64,000 bases of DNA, from positions 160,001 to 224,000 of the forward strand of contig CAWFAK010000007.1 in the NCBI GenBank assembly GCA_963813715.1, read 5' to 3'. Positions 22,703 through 33,953 of the stretch are shown here, piece by piece. Source of the DNA: an uncultured Planctomycetaceae bacterium. GTDB lineage: Bacteria; Planctomycetota; Planctomycetia; Planctomycetales; Planctomycetaceae. A program made the position numbers and the translations under genes. Numbering within the stretch: the stretch's first letter is position 1; the number at the start of each line of letters is the position of its first letter. The notes under the pieces were generated by a model, which was given only the letters and a program-made list of their open reading frames with translations, made no database searches and was not told the origin of the DNA.

Positions 22703-23335
22703 TCACACGCCACAATTCACACCCAGCCGTTCGAGTTGGGGCTTAAGGGATGCCGCGTCGCGAAAGACCTCGGCTTGCAGGCCGAACGAGCGACCGCGGA
22801 GCACGTACTCCTCGATGTCGTCGGTGTAGAAGCACTCGGCGGGCGAACATTGGATTGTCTCGAGAGCGGCCCGGAAGATGGCCTCCTCGGGCTTGGCCGC
22901 GCCGACGCGATAGGAGAGAACGCAATCGTCGAAGCGGTGCAAGAGATCGAAGTGAGCCAGCACCCACTCGTAGTGCGTCACGCACGTGTTGGAGAGCAGG
23001 ACGAGCCGGTAGCCGTCCCGCTTCCAGCGATCCAAGAGCGGAACCATCGGCTCGTTGACCGTAAAGATGTCGGCCGCCGCGACCCGCAGGGCTCCGGCAT
23101 CAATGGCCCGGCCGAGTTCCTTTTCCAACGTTTGCCGAAAGCCGTCCTCGGAGACTTCGCCCCGCTCGAAGCGCCGCTGGAGCTGCTCGTTGAACAAAAT
23201 CCGCTCCAAGTCGGCCAGGGGCGCGTGGCAGGCTTCCGCCATCTGCACGCACATCCGCGCGTGAGAAAAGTGGAGCAGGACGTTCCCCAAGTCGATTAAT
23301 AGAGTCCGCACAGGTGATGGAGTTCGCACGGGCAT
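22703..23335 (-). CDS. HAD-family phosphatase
   Basis: DLGNVL motif I, LLSNT, KP...IF, YTDD; start trimmed to the ATG at 23335. Confidence 0.88.
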   Translation of the reverse strand: MPVRTPSPVRTLLIDLGNVLLHFSHARMCVQMAEACHAPLADLERILFNEQLQRRFERGEVSEDGFRQTLEKELGRAIDAGALRVAAADIFTVNEPMVPLLDRWKRDGYRLVLLSNTCVTHYEWVLAHFDLLHRFDDCVLSYRVGAAKPEEAIFRAALETIQCSPAECFYTDDIEEYVLRGRSFGLQAEVFRDAASLKPQLERLGVNCGV

Positions 23336-23654
23336 TCCGAAACCTCGATTGACGGTGACGTTCCGGCTTCCTAGAGTGCATTCGCTCGTAAAGTGACGTA
23401 GCATAACGACTTGCTGGCGCAATGCAGCAGCCGCATGCGACGCCGGCCCGCCCCGCTCGACGTCCAGCGTAGTAGGTCGCGCGGTTCCGACCGGACCGTG
23501 GCGGAGCGTAGTGCTGACGGCCGCCTGCACGTGTCGCGTCGGCGATTCTCGTTGATCGCGGTCGTTTGGTCCAAGCGGCCCACCGGCGGACCTTCGCCGA
23601 ACTAGACACATTCCAGCCGGTTCCACTCCGGCATGACAGCCACGGAGACCGTCG

Positions 23655-24155
23655 ATGAGTTACGGCGGGAAGGCAAAGGCCGAAGCGGGAACGGCCCGCG
23701 GCCGCGATTGGCCCTGCCTGCGCCAGTTCGGCATCTTTATGGAGAATCGCGTCGGCACGCTGAACGACCTGCTGCGGCACGTCGAACGCCACGATCTCCG
23801 CGTGATGGCGCTGACAGTCGTCGATTCGATCGACTTCTCGATCGCCCGCGTGATCCTCAGCAACTACGAACGCGCGCACGAACTCTTCAAACTTTCCGAC
23901 TTCAAGGTGTTTGAGACGGACCTGATCGGCGTCGAGCTGAGCACCGATCCGCAGCCGTATATGCAAATCTGCACGGCGCTGCTGCAGGCGGAACTCAACA
24001 TCCACTACACCTATCCCCTGCTCTATCGTGGCAAGGGGCGCGGCGCCATCGCCCTGCATGTCGACGACGTCGAGACGGGGCTGAAGATCCTCTCCGACAA
24101 GGGGCACCGGATCATCACCGAGAACGATCTGCTCGAATACGACGAGAATTATTGA
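23655..24155 (+). CDS. Tandem ACT-domain protein
   Basis: QFGIFMENRVGTL (ACT 1), LLQAELNIHYTYP (ACT 2); GGAG RBS. Confidence 0.85.
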   Translation: MSYGGKAKAEAGTARGRDWPCLRQFGIFMENRVGTLNDLLRHVERHDLRVMALTVVDSIDFSIARVILSNYERAHELFKLSDFKVFETDLIGVELSTDPQPYMQICTALLQAELNIHYTYPLLYRGKGRGAIALHVDDVETGLKILSDKGHRIITENDLLEYDENY

Positions 24156-24179
24156 ATCCGTCTTAATATCGGCTCCGAC

Positions 24180-25169
24180 TTGAAGCGGTTTCGGACGCTG
24201 CTGAAGTGGACTTTGTTCGCCGTGGTGCTGGCCTATGTCTGCCGCCACGGATACTCACTTTGGCAAAAGAGCGACGACCGCACCCCGCTCACGCCTGCGG
24301 GCAGCGCGTGGTTGCTGTTGTCGGCCGTTTTGTACGTCGTCTCCTGGCTGCCCTCCGTTTGGTTTTGGCGTGCGCTGATGCGGGCCTTTGGCGGTCGGCC
24401 CGACTTTGCTGCCTCCGCCCGCGCCTACTACTGCGGCGCTCTGGGGAAATACATTCCCGGCAAGGCGATGGTGCTGGTGTTGCGCGGCTCGCTGATGAAT
24501 GGTCGCGGCTGCGCGGGACGAACGGCCGCCATCACGGCCGCCTACGAAACGCTGACGATGATGGGGACCGGTCTGCTCGTCGGCCTGGTCTTGGCCCCTT
24601 TGCCCGAAGGGGTACCGGGGCGCGATCAACGCTGGTTGGTGCCGGTGGTCGTGTTGGCCGTGCTCTCCGGACTCCCTGTCATTGCGCGGCTCTTGTCTTG
24701 GGCCGTCGTGAAGATGTCGCCGCCCGATCTTGTTGAGTTGGACGACGCAGCCCCGCGCGACCGGGACGCTGTCGCGTCGCGCGACCGGCTCGTCATTCCG
24801 ACCTGGCTCGTGGGGGCCGGTTGCGCCGCGTTCCTCATCAGTTGGGCCATCCAGGGCCTCAGCCTGGGGGTGACGCTGCATGCCGTCGACCAACCGCTCG
24901 ACTGGGCTGAGTGGCCCGTCTGGTCTGGGGCAATGGCCCTCTCGACTTCTCTGGGATTCGCAATGCTGTTTGCGCCGGCCGGATTGGGGGTGCGGGAAGG
25001 CATTCTGCTCGGCATCCTCACACAGGCGGGCGTCGACTCGCACGCGGCCATCGCCGCCACCGTGCTGTCGCGGTTAGTGTCGTTCGGTTCGGATCTTCTG
25101 GTCGCAGGCCTGCTCTATCCGACATTTCGCCGGCGAATGGTTCAGCCCGGCCCCCCGCTCGCGAAGTAA
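24180..25169 (+). CDS. Lysylphosphatidylglycerol synthase-like (flippase-like) membrane protein
   Basis: Multiple TM segments, LGKYIPGK, PAGLGVREG. Confidence 0.85.
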   Translation: MKRFRTLLKWTLFAVVLAYVCRHGYSLWQKSDDRTPLTPAGSAWLLLSAVLYVVSWLPSVWFWRALMRAFGGRPDFAASARAYYCGALGKYIPGKAMVLVLRGSLMNGRGCAGRTAAITAAYETLTMMGTGLLVGLVLAPLPEGVPGRDQRWLVPVVVLAVLSGLPVIARLLSWAVVKMSPPDLVELDDAAPRDRDAVASRDRLVIPTWLVGAGCAAFLISWAIQGLSLGVTLHAVDQPLDWAEWPVWSGAMALSTSLGFAMLFAPAGLGVREGILLGILTQAGVDSHAAIAATVLSRLVSFGSDLLVAGLLYPTFRRRMVQPGPPLAK

Positions 25170-25178
25170 GATGAAAAG

Positions 25179-26252
25179 ATGCTGTCCATTATCGTTCCCG
25201 TCCTGAACGAAGCCGAAAGCCTGGAGCCGCTCTACCGCGAGATCGGTGCGGCTGCCGGCAGCCTGGGCGAGTCGATCGAGATCGTCTTCGTCGACGACGG
25301 GTCGACCGACGCTTCGTGGAACGTGATCCAATCGCTGGCCGAACTAGACGCCTCGGTCTCGGGCATTCGCTTTCGTCGCAACTTTGGCAAGGCGGCCGCG
25401 CTGACGGCCGGCATGCGGACGGCGCGGGGCGACTTGATCCTGACCATCGACGCCGACCTGCAAGACGATCCGGCAGAAATCCCGCGGATGCTGGGCAAGC
25501 TGGGTGAAGGTTACGACGTCGTCAACGGTTGGAAGGAGCGACGGCTCGACCCGTGGCACAAGGTCTATCCGAGCCGGGTCTTCAACTGGATCGTGAGCGG
25601 CCTGACGGGCCTCAAGCTACACGACCACAACTGTGGGCTGAAGTTATTCCGCGCGGAAGTGGCCGCGGAGATTCGCCTCTATGGCGAGTTGCACCGGTTC
25701 ATCCCGGTGCTTGCCAATGCCCGCGGCTTTCGCGTCACTGAGATGCCGGTCCATCATCGGCCGCGACGGTTCGGCAGCTCGAAGTATGGGGTTCGGCGTT
25801 TCGCTCGCGGCTTTCTGGACCTACTCACCGTGACCTTTCTGACCGGCTTCGGCCAGCGACCGCAGCACATTCTGGGCGGTTTCGGCCTCTGCTCGCTGGC
25901 TCTCGGAGTCTGCGGTCTGCTCTACCTCGCCTTCATCTGGTGCTGCACGCATTTGGCAGGGGCCGACTTCGGTCCGATCGGCACGCGTCCGCTGTTACCG
26001 TATTCGATCGCCGCGACGATCCTCGGCGCCCAGGCCCTTTCGCTGGGGCTGCTGGCCGAACTCCTGGTGGCCTACACCGGTAAGGAAAGCGACACCTACA
26101 GCGTCGCCCAAACGACAAAGGGCACCGCCGAACCGGCCGCGGCCAAGCGGCTTACGGTGGCGCCAGCACCCGGCTGGACAGCCTGTCGAGAACCGGAATT
26201 GACCGCAGATTTTTTCCTCGCATCAAGATTTTGGCGCGTTAGAATCGCTTAG
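25179..26252 (+). CDS. GT2 polyprenyl-phosphate glycosyltransferase (ArnC/DPM1-like); exact C-terminus uncertain
   Basis: [38 protein letters not shown], two C-terminal TM helices. Confidence 0.93.
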   Translation: MLSIIVPVLNEAESLEPLYREIGAAAGSLGESIEIVFVDDGSTDASWNVIQSLAELDASVSGIRFRRNFGKAAALTAGMRTARGDLILTIDADLQDDPAEIPRMLGKLGEGYDVVNGWKERRLDPWHKVYPSRVFNWIVSGLTGLKLHDHNCGLKLFRAEVAAEIRLYGELHRFIPVLANARGFRVTEMPVHHRPRRFGSSKYGVRRFARGFLDLLTVTFLTGFGQRPQHILGGFGLCSLALGVCGLLYLAFIWCCTHLAGADFGPIGTRPLLPYSIAATILGAQALSLGLLAELLVAYTGKESDTYSVAQTTKGTAEPAAAKRLTVAPAPGWTACREPELTADFFLASRFWRVRIA

Positions 26253-26519
26253 AACCTAATTCGTATCCCTCCCGCCCCGGCCCGCCGAAGGATTGGACCC
26301 ACCGTGCAGAGCCAACCCTCCGATCCGCACATCGACATCACTGTGCGATCCCACGACGAGCAGAATCGCCGCCTCGTGGCCCAGCCGCCTTCGGACGCCG
26401 ACACCATCGGCAATCCGGCCGACACCGTTCGGATCGATCGCGCGCCTCGCGCCCAGTCAAACGAACGCGAAGTGCTGCAGCAGCCTTGGCTGGCGGAATA
26501 GGCGAACCGTCGCCCGCAA

Positions 26520-28950
26520 TCAACGCACCGGGAAGATTTGGGCGTTGATCACCACCTCGTGGTTTTCGGCGTCGGTCAGGAGCGGAGCGCTCCAGCCCGC
26601 AAGCGCGCTGCGATCGCTTTCCGAGATGCCGGGCACCAGATCGGTGACGAAGATCGGCAGGTTGTTTCTGGCAGGGATTGCCTGCCCCTGAGCAACGCTG
26701 GCTTCCAGACGCTGCACGGCGTCGCTCGACATTCCCTGCTTGCTGAGCACGCCAAAGGTCACCGGTCGCCCCAGCACACCCTCCTGCATCAGCTGCTCGA
26801 AGCGGGCCGGCTCGACGAACTCGGTGTAACCGTAGTTGCCCGGATCGCGGTAACGGCGAATCCATTCCCAGCACACATAAATGTGCGTGATGCCGTGCTC
26901 ATGCAGGGTCTGCAGAATCTCTTTCGCGGGTTTGAGCGGCAGTTCGCTGTCTTTTGAGCTCGGCGCGGCAGGCGGCCCGGCGAACCACTCTTTGAAGATC
27001 GAGTGATTGAACACGGTGTTGTAAACGATGGGAAACTGCGCGTTGAAAACCTGCCCATCGCCCACGTCCAGCACTTTGGACCCCTTGGGCAGCCAGCGGT
27101 TCATGAAGGAGAAATACGGGTACGCGGCGTTTTCCCGCGCAGTTCGAGATCAGAAAGCCAGGCGTTATAGCCCGTGATCTCCCAGGCCTCCATCGTCGTC
27201 CCGGAATACACGCCCTGCCCGGCGACCAGGGCGAAGTTGAACCAAAGCGCCAGGCAGATGACCGCCCCCGCGATCCAGCGCCACGCCACCGCATTGGTCC
27301 AAGTGGCCCCCACGCCAGCCAAGAGCGCGACGACGGGAATGATCGGCACCCAAAAGCGATCGATGCGATGGGTGAAGCCCCACCAGGCGAAGAACAAGTA
27401 ACCAAACAACAACCACAGCGCGAGCACCAAGCCCCGTCGCCGCGCTACCAAGAGGGCCAGCGGCGCCAGCCCAAACAGGAGCGGACTCGACCAATCATTG
27501 TCGGCGATCACATCGAGCAAGTTCTGCCCCAGGACCGCGGGTCCGAATTTATGTGGGCTATGCGCCGGAACGAAGCGGGCGTTGAGCTCCGGGCTCCAAT
27601 CCCGACCGCCAAACAGGTTGTACGCCAACGGATAGACGGGATTGCCCGTGAGCACGAGGTTTTTCGCCAACCACGGCCCGATCGTGACGGCCACGCCAAG
27701 CGCGAAAGCCAGCGCGCACTTCGACACGCTCGCGACGCGCGTCGGATTGCCACGGAGCGCCCACCACGCACCGACACCGACCGCCAACCCCATCGGCACA
27801 ACAACCTGTAGCAGGCCCGTGTATTTGCAGGCCATGCCGCTGCCGGCTAGCAGCCCCGCCACGAAAACGTCTCGCAGAGCGGGCATTCCACCGCGAAACC
27901 GTTCCAGCGCGATCAGCACGGCCAAGAGCGTCGCCGCGACGAAGAACGTCAGTGGGCCCTCGACGTAAGTGATGATCGTGATCCGATCGATCCACGGCGT
28001 CGACAGAAAGACGAGCGCGGCCATCAGCCCCGCCTGCGGACTGAAGTAGCGACGGCCGGCCGCATAGAGCGTGAGTGCCGTCAGCGGCGCGAAGGCGAAC
28101 AAAACGGCCTTGCCGACGATCGCCCCCCAGTACCAGTCGCCACGCAGCACCATCCCTAACAAAACGAGCATCTCGGCAAAGAAGGGAAAGTTCGTGTAGA
28201 CGTTGTGCGACAGGAACGCGATGCGTCCCGCCTCGAAGTATTCCTTCGGCCCCTCAAAGTGATAGGCCAGCACGTCGAAGTCGCGTTCGGGTGACATCGA
28301 ACCGAGCCACATCGTGATGACGAAGGGCGCCATCGCCACCAGGGCCAACCAGAGATGTCGAGGCGTCGGCGGCTGAGGCTGGGCCGGCAGCGGGTCGGCG
28401 TTTCGCCGTCGCTTCAAATCGCGCCGGACGAAGATCGCCTCGAGCGGCAGCGAGACGGCGAGAATCGGAATTACGGTCACGCGAGACAACAGTCCCGCCA
28501 GTCCAAGGAGCAACGTGGTGAGTGACAGGCCGCTCAGTCCGAGCGCGAAAGAGAAAACGACACCTTCGGCCGAACGGCGCTCGACCGACGGGCGCAACAC
28601 GCGCAAGAGGATCTGGCCCCAAAACCAGGTACCCGTCAACGCGGCCACGGCCGGCGTGAAGATGCTGACGCGTTGGGCCAGATTGCCCCACGCGCCGAAA
28701 AGAATTGCGAGGCCACGATCAGATCCGGCAGATCGATCCAGACGGCGACGCGGGTCAGCCAGCTGTTATTGGGAAAATCGAAGCAGGAGAAAAAGACAAG
28801 AAACGCAACCAGCCAAAGCCCAGCCAAGCCGATCAGCCACCACGACGGACCCGGCTCAGGTGATGCGGTTGCCGATTCGCTCGGGTCGACGGGCTGACTC
28901 GTCGCGGCGGCCCGGGAGCGCGAGGCCGTTTTGGTTCGCTTGGAGCTCAC
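26520..28950 (-). CDS. GT-C fold (ArnT/PMT-like) polytopic membrane glycosyltransferase; apparent frameshifts near 28690 and 27110
   Basis: Pieces 28636..28950, 27101..28648 and 26520..27104 join; DFDVLAYH..GPK, YTNFP, CKYTG, PWLAKN..LTGNPVYP, HRIDRFW; soluble C-terminal domain LP..SKVL.VG, GITHIYV. Confidence 0.78.
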
Positions 28951-28993
28951 GACTTGCGCCCACGGAGGCCTGACCGGCTCACAACGACCCGGC

Positions 28994-29614
28994 TCACAGC
29001 GACTTGGGCAGGAGCGCGGCCAGCTCGGGATGGGGACGGGCGATGACGTCGGCCAGGATGAGCTTGCCCCCCAATCGCTCGACCGTTTGCTTGCCGGTGG
29101 CGATGGCCGTCTGCACGGCGGCGACGTCGCCCCGCACCACGATCGTCACGTAGGCGGCGCCGATTTTTTCCTTGCCGACCAGCGTCACGTTGGACGACTT
29201 GAGCATGTCGTCCGTCGCGTGCAAAGCGGCAACCAGGCCTTGAGTTTCGAGCAAACCAACGGCGTCAGAGGGGCTCATATCGAGGGGCTCTTTCGGAATG
29301 CGGTAATCATAAAGGTCGAGCATAGGGCTGTAAACGGGCTGTGGATGGGCCAGAATCCGCGTCGCTTCGACCGGCGCCGGCAGCACCGACAGCGACGCGC
29401 GGCTCCCCATGTGGCGGGCCAGCTCCACACCCACCTGCCCCGCCGCCATCACAGCACCGGTCTCGCCCACCAGCTTGATACACTGGTCCGCGCTGTCGGT
29501 GCTTTCGATGCCCAGCAGCGTGACGCCGGCCGCCTTCAGGCAACGATCGGCGATGATCAGGGCCGGCGTGAGGTTGGCCACCTCGAGCAACGCCAGGCTG
29601 TGGGTTCGATCCAT
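28994..29614 (-). CDS. Bacterial microcompartment shell protein with two BMC domains (BMC-T-like)
   Basis: C-terminal canonical domain AVGLLETQGLVAALHATDDMLKSSNV..KIGAAYVTIVVRGDVAAV..VIARPH; divergent N-terminal copy LALLEV...ADRCLKAAGV...GETGAV. Confidence 0.9.
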   Translation of the reverse strand: MDRTHSLALLEVANLTPALIIADRCLKAAGVTLLGIESTDSADQCIKLVGETGAVMAAGQVGVELARHMGSRASLSVLPAPVEATRILAHPQPVYSPMLDLYDYRIPKEPLDMSPSDAVGLLETQGLVAALHATDDMLKSSNVTLVGKEKIGAAYVTIVVRGDVAAVQTAIATGKQTVERLGGKLILADVIARPHPELAALLPKSL

Positions 29615-29642
29615 GGTCAATCCGTCACACACTCATTCATCG

Positions 29643-30581
29643 TCAGTGGGATTGCGTCTGCGCTGGCGGAACGCCGGTCGCTCCGTGCCAGTCGAAGGCA
29701 ATGTCGAGCGCCGGGGCCGAGTGGGTAATCGACCCGACGCTGATGCGATCGACGCCCGCCGCCGCAATCGCAGCCACTGTATCCAGGTTAACGCCCCCCG
29801 AGGCCTCGAGCAGCACCCGAGGCGCGAGTTCGTCACGAATTCGCACCGCCTGGCCAATCGTGGCGGCGTCCATGTTATCCAGGAGCACGATGTCGGCCGC
29901 GGCGGCGAGAGCGGCTTTTAGCTGGTCGAGCGTGTCGACTTCGATCTCGAGCGGAATGCCCGCCGGGATCGCACTGCGGGCCGCTGCCACCGCTCCGCGA
30001 ATCGTCTCCTCGTCCGAATCGCGCGGATGATCTTCGCGCCAGGCGGCCAAGTGGTTGTCCTTGATCAGGCAGCCGTCGAAGAGGCCGATCCGATGATTCG
30101 TGCCGCCGCCCGCGCGGACGGCGTATTTTTCCAGGAGCCGCCAGCCGGGCAACGTCTTCCGCGTTTCGAGGATCAGGGCCTTGGTGCCGGCGACCCGATC
30201 GACGAATTGGCGGGTTCGCGTGGCCACGCCACTCAGGTGCATGAGGAAGTTGAGGACGGTGCGCTCGGCCGCCAACAGCGAGCGCCACGAGCCGTGGGCC
30301 TGTGCGATGGTCGTCCCGCCGCTGACTTTGTCGCCGTCGGACACCAGGGGCTGAATCGTCGTCTGGCGATCGAGTTGCCGCGTCACGATCGCCGCCACCG
30401 GCAAGCCCGCCACGACACCGTCCTGCCGCACCACAATGTCGACGGTGCCCTGTCGCGCATCGCCGATGAGTGCCCGGCTGGTGATGTCGCCCAGCGTTCT
30501 CAAGTCTTCGACCAGCGCCAGCGAGACGAGCCGCTCCGCCGCTTCTTGTTCTTCGACAGTGAGAGAGAGTGCCAACGCCAT
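29643..30581 (-). CDS. nadC: Nicotinate-nucleotide diphosphorylase (quinolinate phosphoribosyltransferase)
   Basis: ED..GDITS, ERTVLNFL, TRKTLPG, NHRIGL, IKDNH, EIEVD, LLDN, EASGG, ISVGSITHS. Confidence 0.96.
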   Translation of the reverse strand: MALALSLTVEEQEAAERLVSLALVEDLRTLGDITSRALIGDARQGTVDIVVRQDGVVAGLPVAAIVTRQLDRQTTIQPLVSDGDKVSGGTTIAQAHGSWRSLLAAERTVLNFLMHLSGVATRTRQFVDRVAGTKALILETRKTLPGWRLLEKYAVRAGGGTNHRIGLFDGCLIKDNHLAAWREDHPRDSDEETIRGAVAAARSAIPAGIPLEIEVDTLDQLKAALAAAADIVLLDNMDAATIGQAVRIRDELAPRVLLEASGGVNLDTVAAIAAAGVDRISVGSITHSAPALDIAFDWHGATGVPPAQTQSH

Positions 30582-30825
30582 TTTCCGCAGACGAAGCCTA
30601 ACGACCGACGGCGATCATAGCGAATCCGGGCGGCGACCTGGAAACGCTACGTCGCTTCGCCTCCGAGCGGGCGTTGGGCGACGTCTTGCACGCGTTGCCG
30701 GCCTCTGCTGAAATGTCGCTGCCAAATCGATGATCGAACCGGGGCCATTCCGCAAATCGGCTTTTTCGCGGCCGGGGGTTTCGATCTTCCGTCACCTCGC
30801 GGCCGATGCTCGAAAGGGAACGCAG

Positions 30826-31944
<1,119 letters not shown>

Positions 31945-31986
31945 TTCTTTCCAAGCCCACTGTTGGCCACACAAGAGCGCCGAACG

Positions 31987-32511
31987 ATGGCAGAAGGCGA
32001 ACCGCAACCAGCGACTGGCCAAGAAACGCCGGTCCCCCGCTCCCGCCGGAGATTCGTCGCCGTCCTGGGCGGGGGGATCGCGGCGTGCGTCGGCCTGGCA
32101 TACGTGGGGCTGCAGTCGTTCTACGATCCCGTCGTGCGCTGGTTCAGGCAGCGGCAGGTTCCGTTTCGGCCGATCGCGGCGATCGACGGCTTGCCCGTCG
32201 GCGAATGGAAGCTGGTTCAATTCGACGCGGCGAATCCGAACGGAGCGGGCAAGACTCAAGAAGCGGTCTTCGTACGGAAATCCGCGGACGGACCCGACGC
32301 GCTGCGCGTCCTTTCGCCACGCTGTCCGCACAAAGGATGTCGCGTTGCCTGGCGGACCGAGCGCACGCTCTTTGTTTGCCCGTGTCACGGCGGCACGTTC
32401 GACGCGGAAGGGAAGCGGACCGCTGGACCGCCCGATGCGCCTCTGGACGACGTCAATTTTCGCGTTGAGAACGGCCAACTGCTCGTGCGTTTTGAGAGCC
32501 CGCACGCCTGA
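31987..32511 (+). CDS. Rieske [2Fe-2S] protein, QcrA-like, with Tat-type anchor
   Basis: SRRRF followed by a TM helix; CPHKGC and CPCHGGTFD ligand boxes; GPP. Confidence 0.9.
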   Translation: MAEGEPQPATGQETPVPRSRRRFVAVLGGGIAACVGLAYVGLQSFYDPVVRWFRQRQVPFRPIAAIDGLPVGEWKLVQFDAANPNGAGKTQEAVFVRKSADGPDALRVLSPRCPHKGCRVAWRTERTLFVCPCHGGTFDAEGKRTAGPPDAPLDDVNFRVENGQLLVRFESPHA

Positions 32512-32564
32512 TCGAGCCGAGATGCGTCGGCCGTCTTTGCCGGCGGGATTACGTCTCGCGGCGC

Positions 32565-33860
32565 TTACTTCGACGGTCGCCCCAGGTGCTGCTGGACCAG
32601 CGTGACCGATTCGCGGGACCGCTCTTCTTGAATGTCCCCTTGATGCCGCAGCGCGACGACGGGCATGGCCCCGGTCCGCTTGCGTCCCTCAAGGCGCTGC
32701 TGCGCCCGATAGTAGGTCAGTCCGATTCGGCGGAAGGTAAACGCCGTGAGATAAAACCCGCTGCTCCAACAGACCCATAACAGGGGAAACGCCGTGAGCG
32801 GCGTCACGTGCAACTGGCCGATCGCGTAGCCGGCAACGAGCAAGTGTCCCAGGAACACGGCCGATGCCAGGACCGTCAGCCCGGCGAATTCCCAGGGCAT
32901 GGTCAGCGCCGTCGCCACGACGTGCACGGGCGACGCCACCCGCACCGAGTCGTCCAGATTGGTCAACAAGAGCGCGATCAGCCACCAGCCGACGGCTGCC
33001 AGGCACAGCTCGACGAGAATCGACCAGTCGATGATCGTCAAATCGCCGCAGTAAAGCCAAAAACCCACCGCCGCCGCAAAAAGCAGCACGGGGCCGGCGA
33101 GCAGGCAGCTGAGCCAATGACCGCAGCTCACCAAGGCGCCGACCGCGGTGCAGCCGATTCCCGGCTCGTATTGGATTTTCCCGTGGCAGGCCATTTCGAG
33201 AATGGCATTGAAATAATGGAAGGTGTGCCCCAGCACGAAGAGGACGCCGCACAAGCAGACGAACAAGCAGACGACGAACTGGGCCTGATGCGGGCTATCC
33301 CGCTCCATCGACAGCCACAGGATCAGTGCGGCCGTCGTCAACACGGACTGCAGCAAGCCGAGCCGCAAAAAGATCGGCAGCTTTTCGAAAGGAAAAGCCA
33401 GGCTGTGATACCACTGCTGCTTGCTGCGATCCGAGATCAGCTTCACCCAGCGGGGCTGGGTCCGCAGCATCACGCTGTTGGGCTGATAGTCGTCGCCGTT
33501 ACAGAGCGCGCGTGTGGGAACAAACGTGGTCTTGCGACTCTTGGGAGGCTGCTTTGGCTTGATGAACGCGGTCGAGCGGCCCTCGCTGGCGAACGGATCA
33601 CCGACCGGTGCCCCCGGTTGGCCGATGGAGGGGCGGAAGGATGAGTTCGTCGCCGGCGCGGCGTCCGGGGGCGGAGTGTTGGCATCGGCCGGTCGAGGGC
33701 TCTCGCCCCGTTTCTGTTTCGCCGGTCCCAGCAATCCGAACAAGCGGGGGCGCGGAATGCTCACCGAGTTCCAGCAGGCGGGACACTGCGTGCTCCGCCC
33801 CGCCATCCAGTCGGGGGCTTTGAGACGTTTCCCACACTCGCAAACGACGTCGATCGCCAT
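32565..33860 (-). CDS. Hypothetical membrane protein with N-terminal zinc ribbon
   Basis: CECGKRLKA...GRSTQCPAC, Pro-rich linker, about six TM segments. Confidence 0.8.
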   Translation of the reverse strand: MAIDVVCECGKRLKAPDWMAGRSTQCPACWNSVSIPRPRLFGLLGPAKQKRGESPRPADANTPPPDAAPATNSSFRPSIGQPGAPVGDPFASEGRSTAFIKPKQPPKSRKTTFVPTRALCNGDDYQPNSVMLRTQPRWVKLISDRSKQQWYHSLAFPFEKLPIFLRLGLLQSVLTTAALILWLSMERDSPHQAQFVVCLFVCLCGVLFVLGHTFHYFNAILEMACHGKIQYEPGIGCTAVGALVSCGHWLSCLLAGPVLLFAAAVGFWLYCGDLTIIDWSILVELCLAAVGWWLIALLLTNLDDSVRVASPVHVVATALTMPWEFAGLTVLASAVFLGHLLVAGYAIGQLHVTPLTAFPLLWVCWSSGFYLTAFTFRRIGLTYYRAQQRLEGRKRTGAMPVVALRHQGDIQEERSRESVTLVQQHLGRPSK

Positions 33861-33953
33861 GCGCTCAGTGCTGGTTGCACTCTCGTAACGCGACGTGTGC
33901 CGCCGAACCTCCGGCGGCAGAGGCACGAATCGCTAGAGGGTCATCGTAGCGCG

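Noticed and set aside
26304..26501. 65-aa ORF between GT2 and GT-C
   Set aside because: Has a weak RBS and an upstream TAGAAT but no recognisable motif; cannot be supported from sequence alone.
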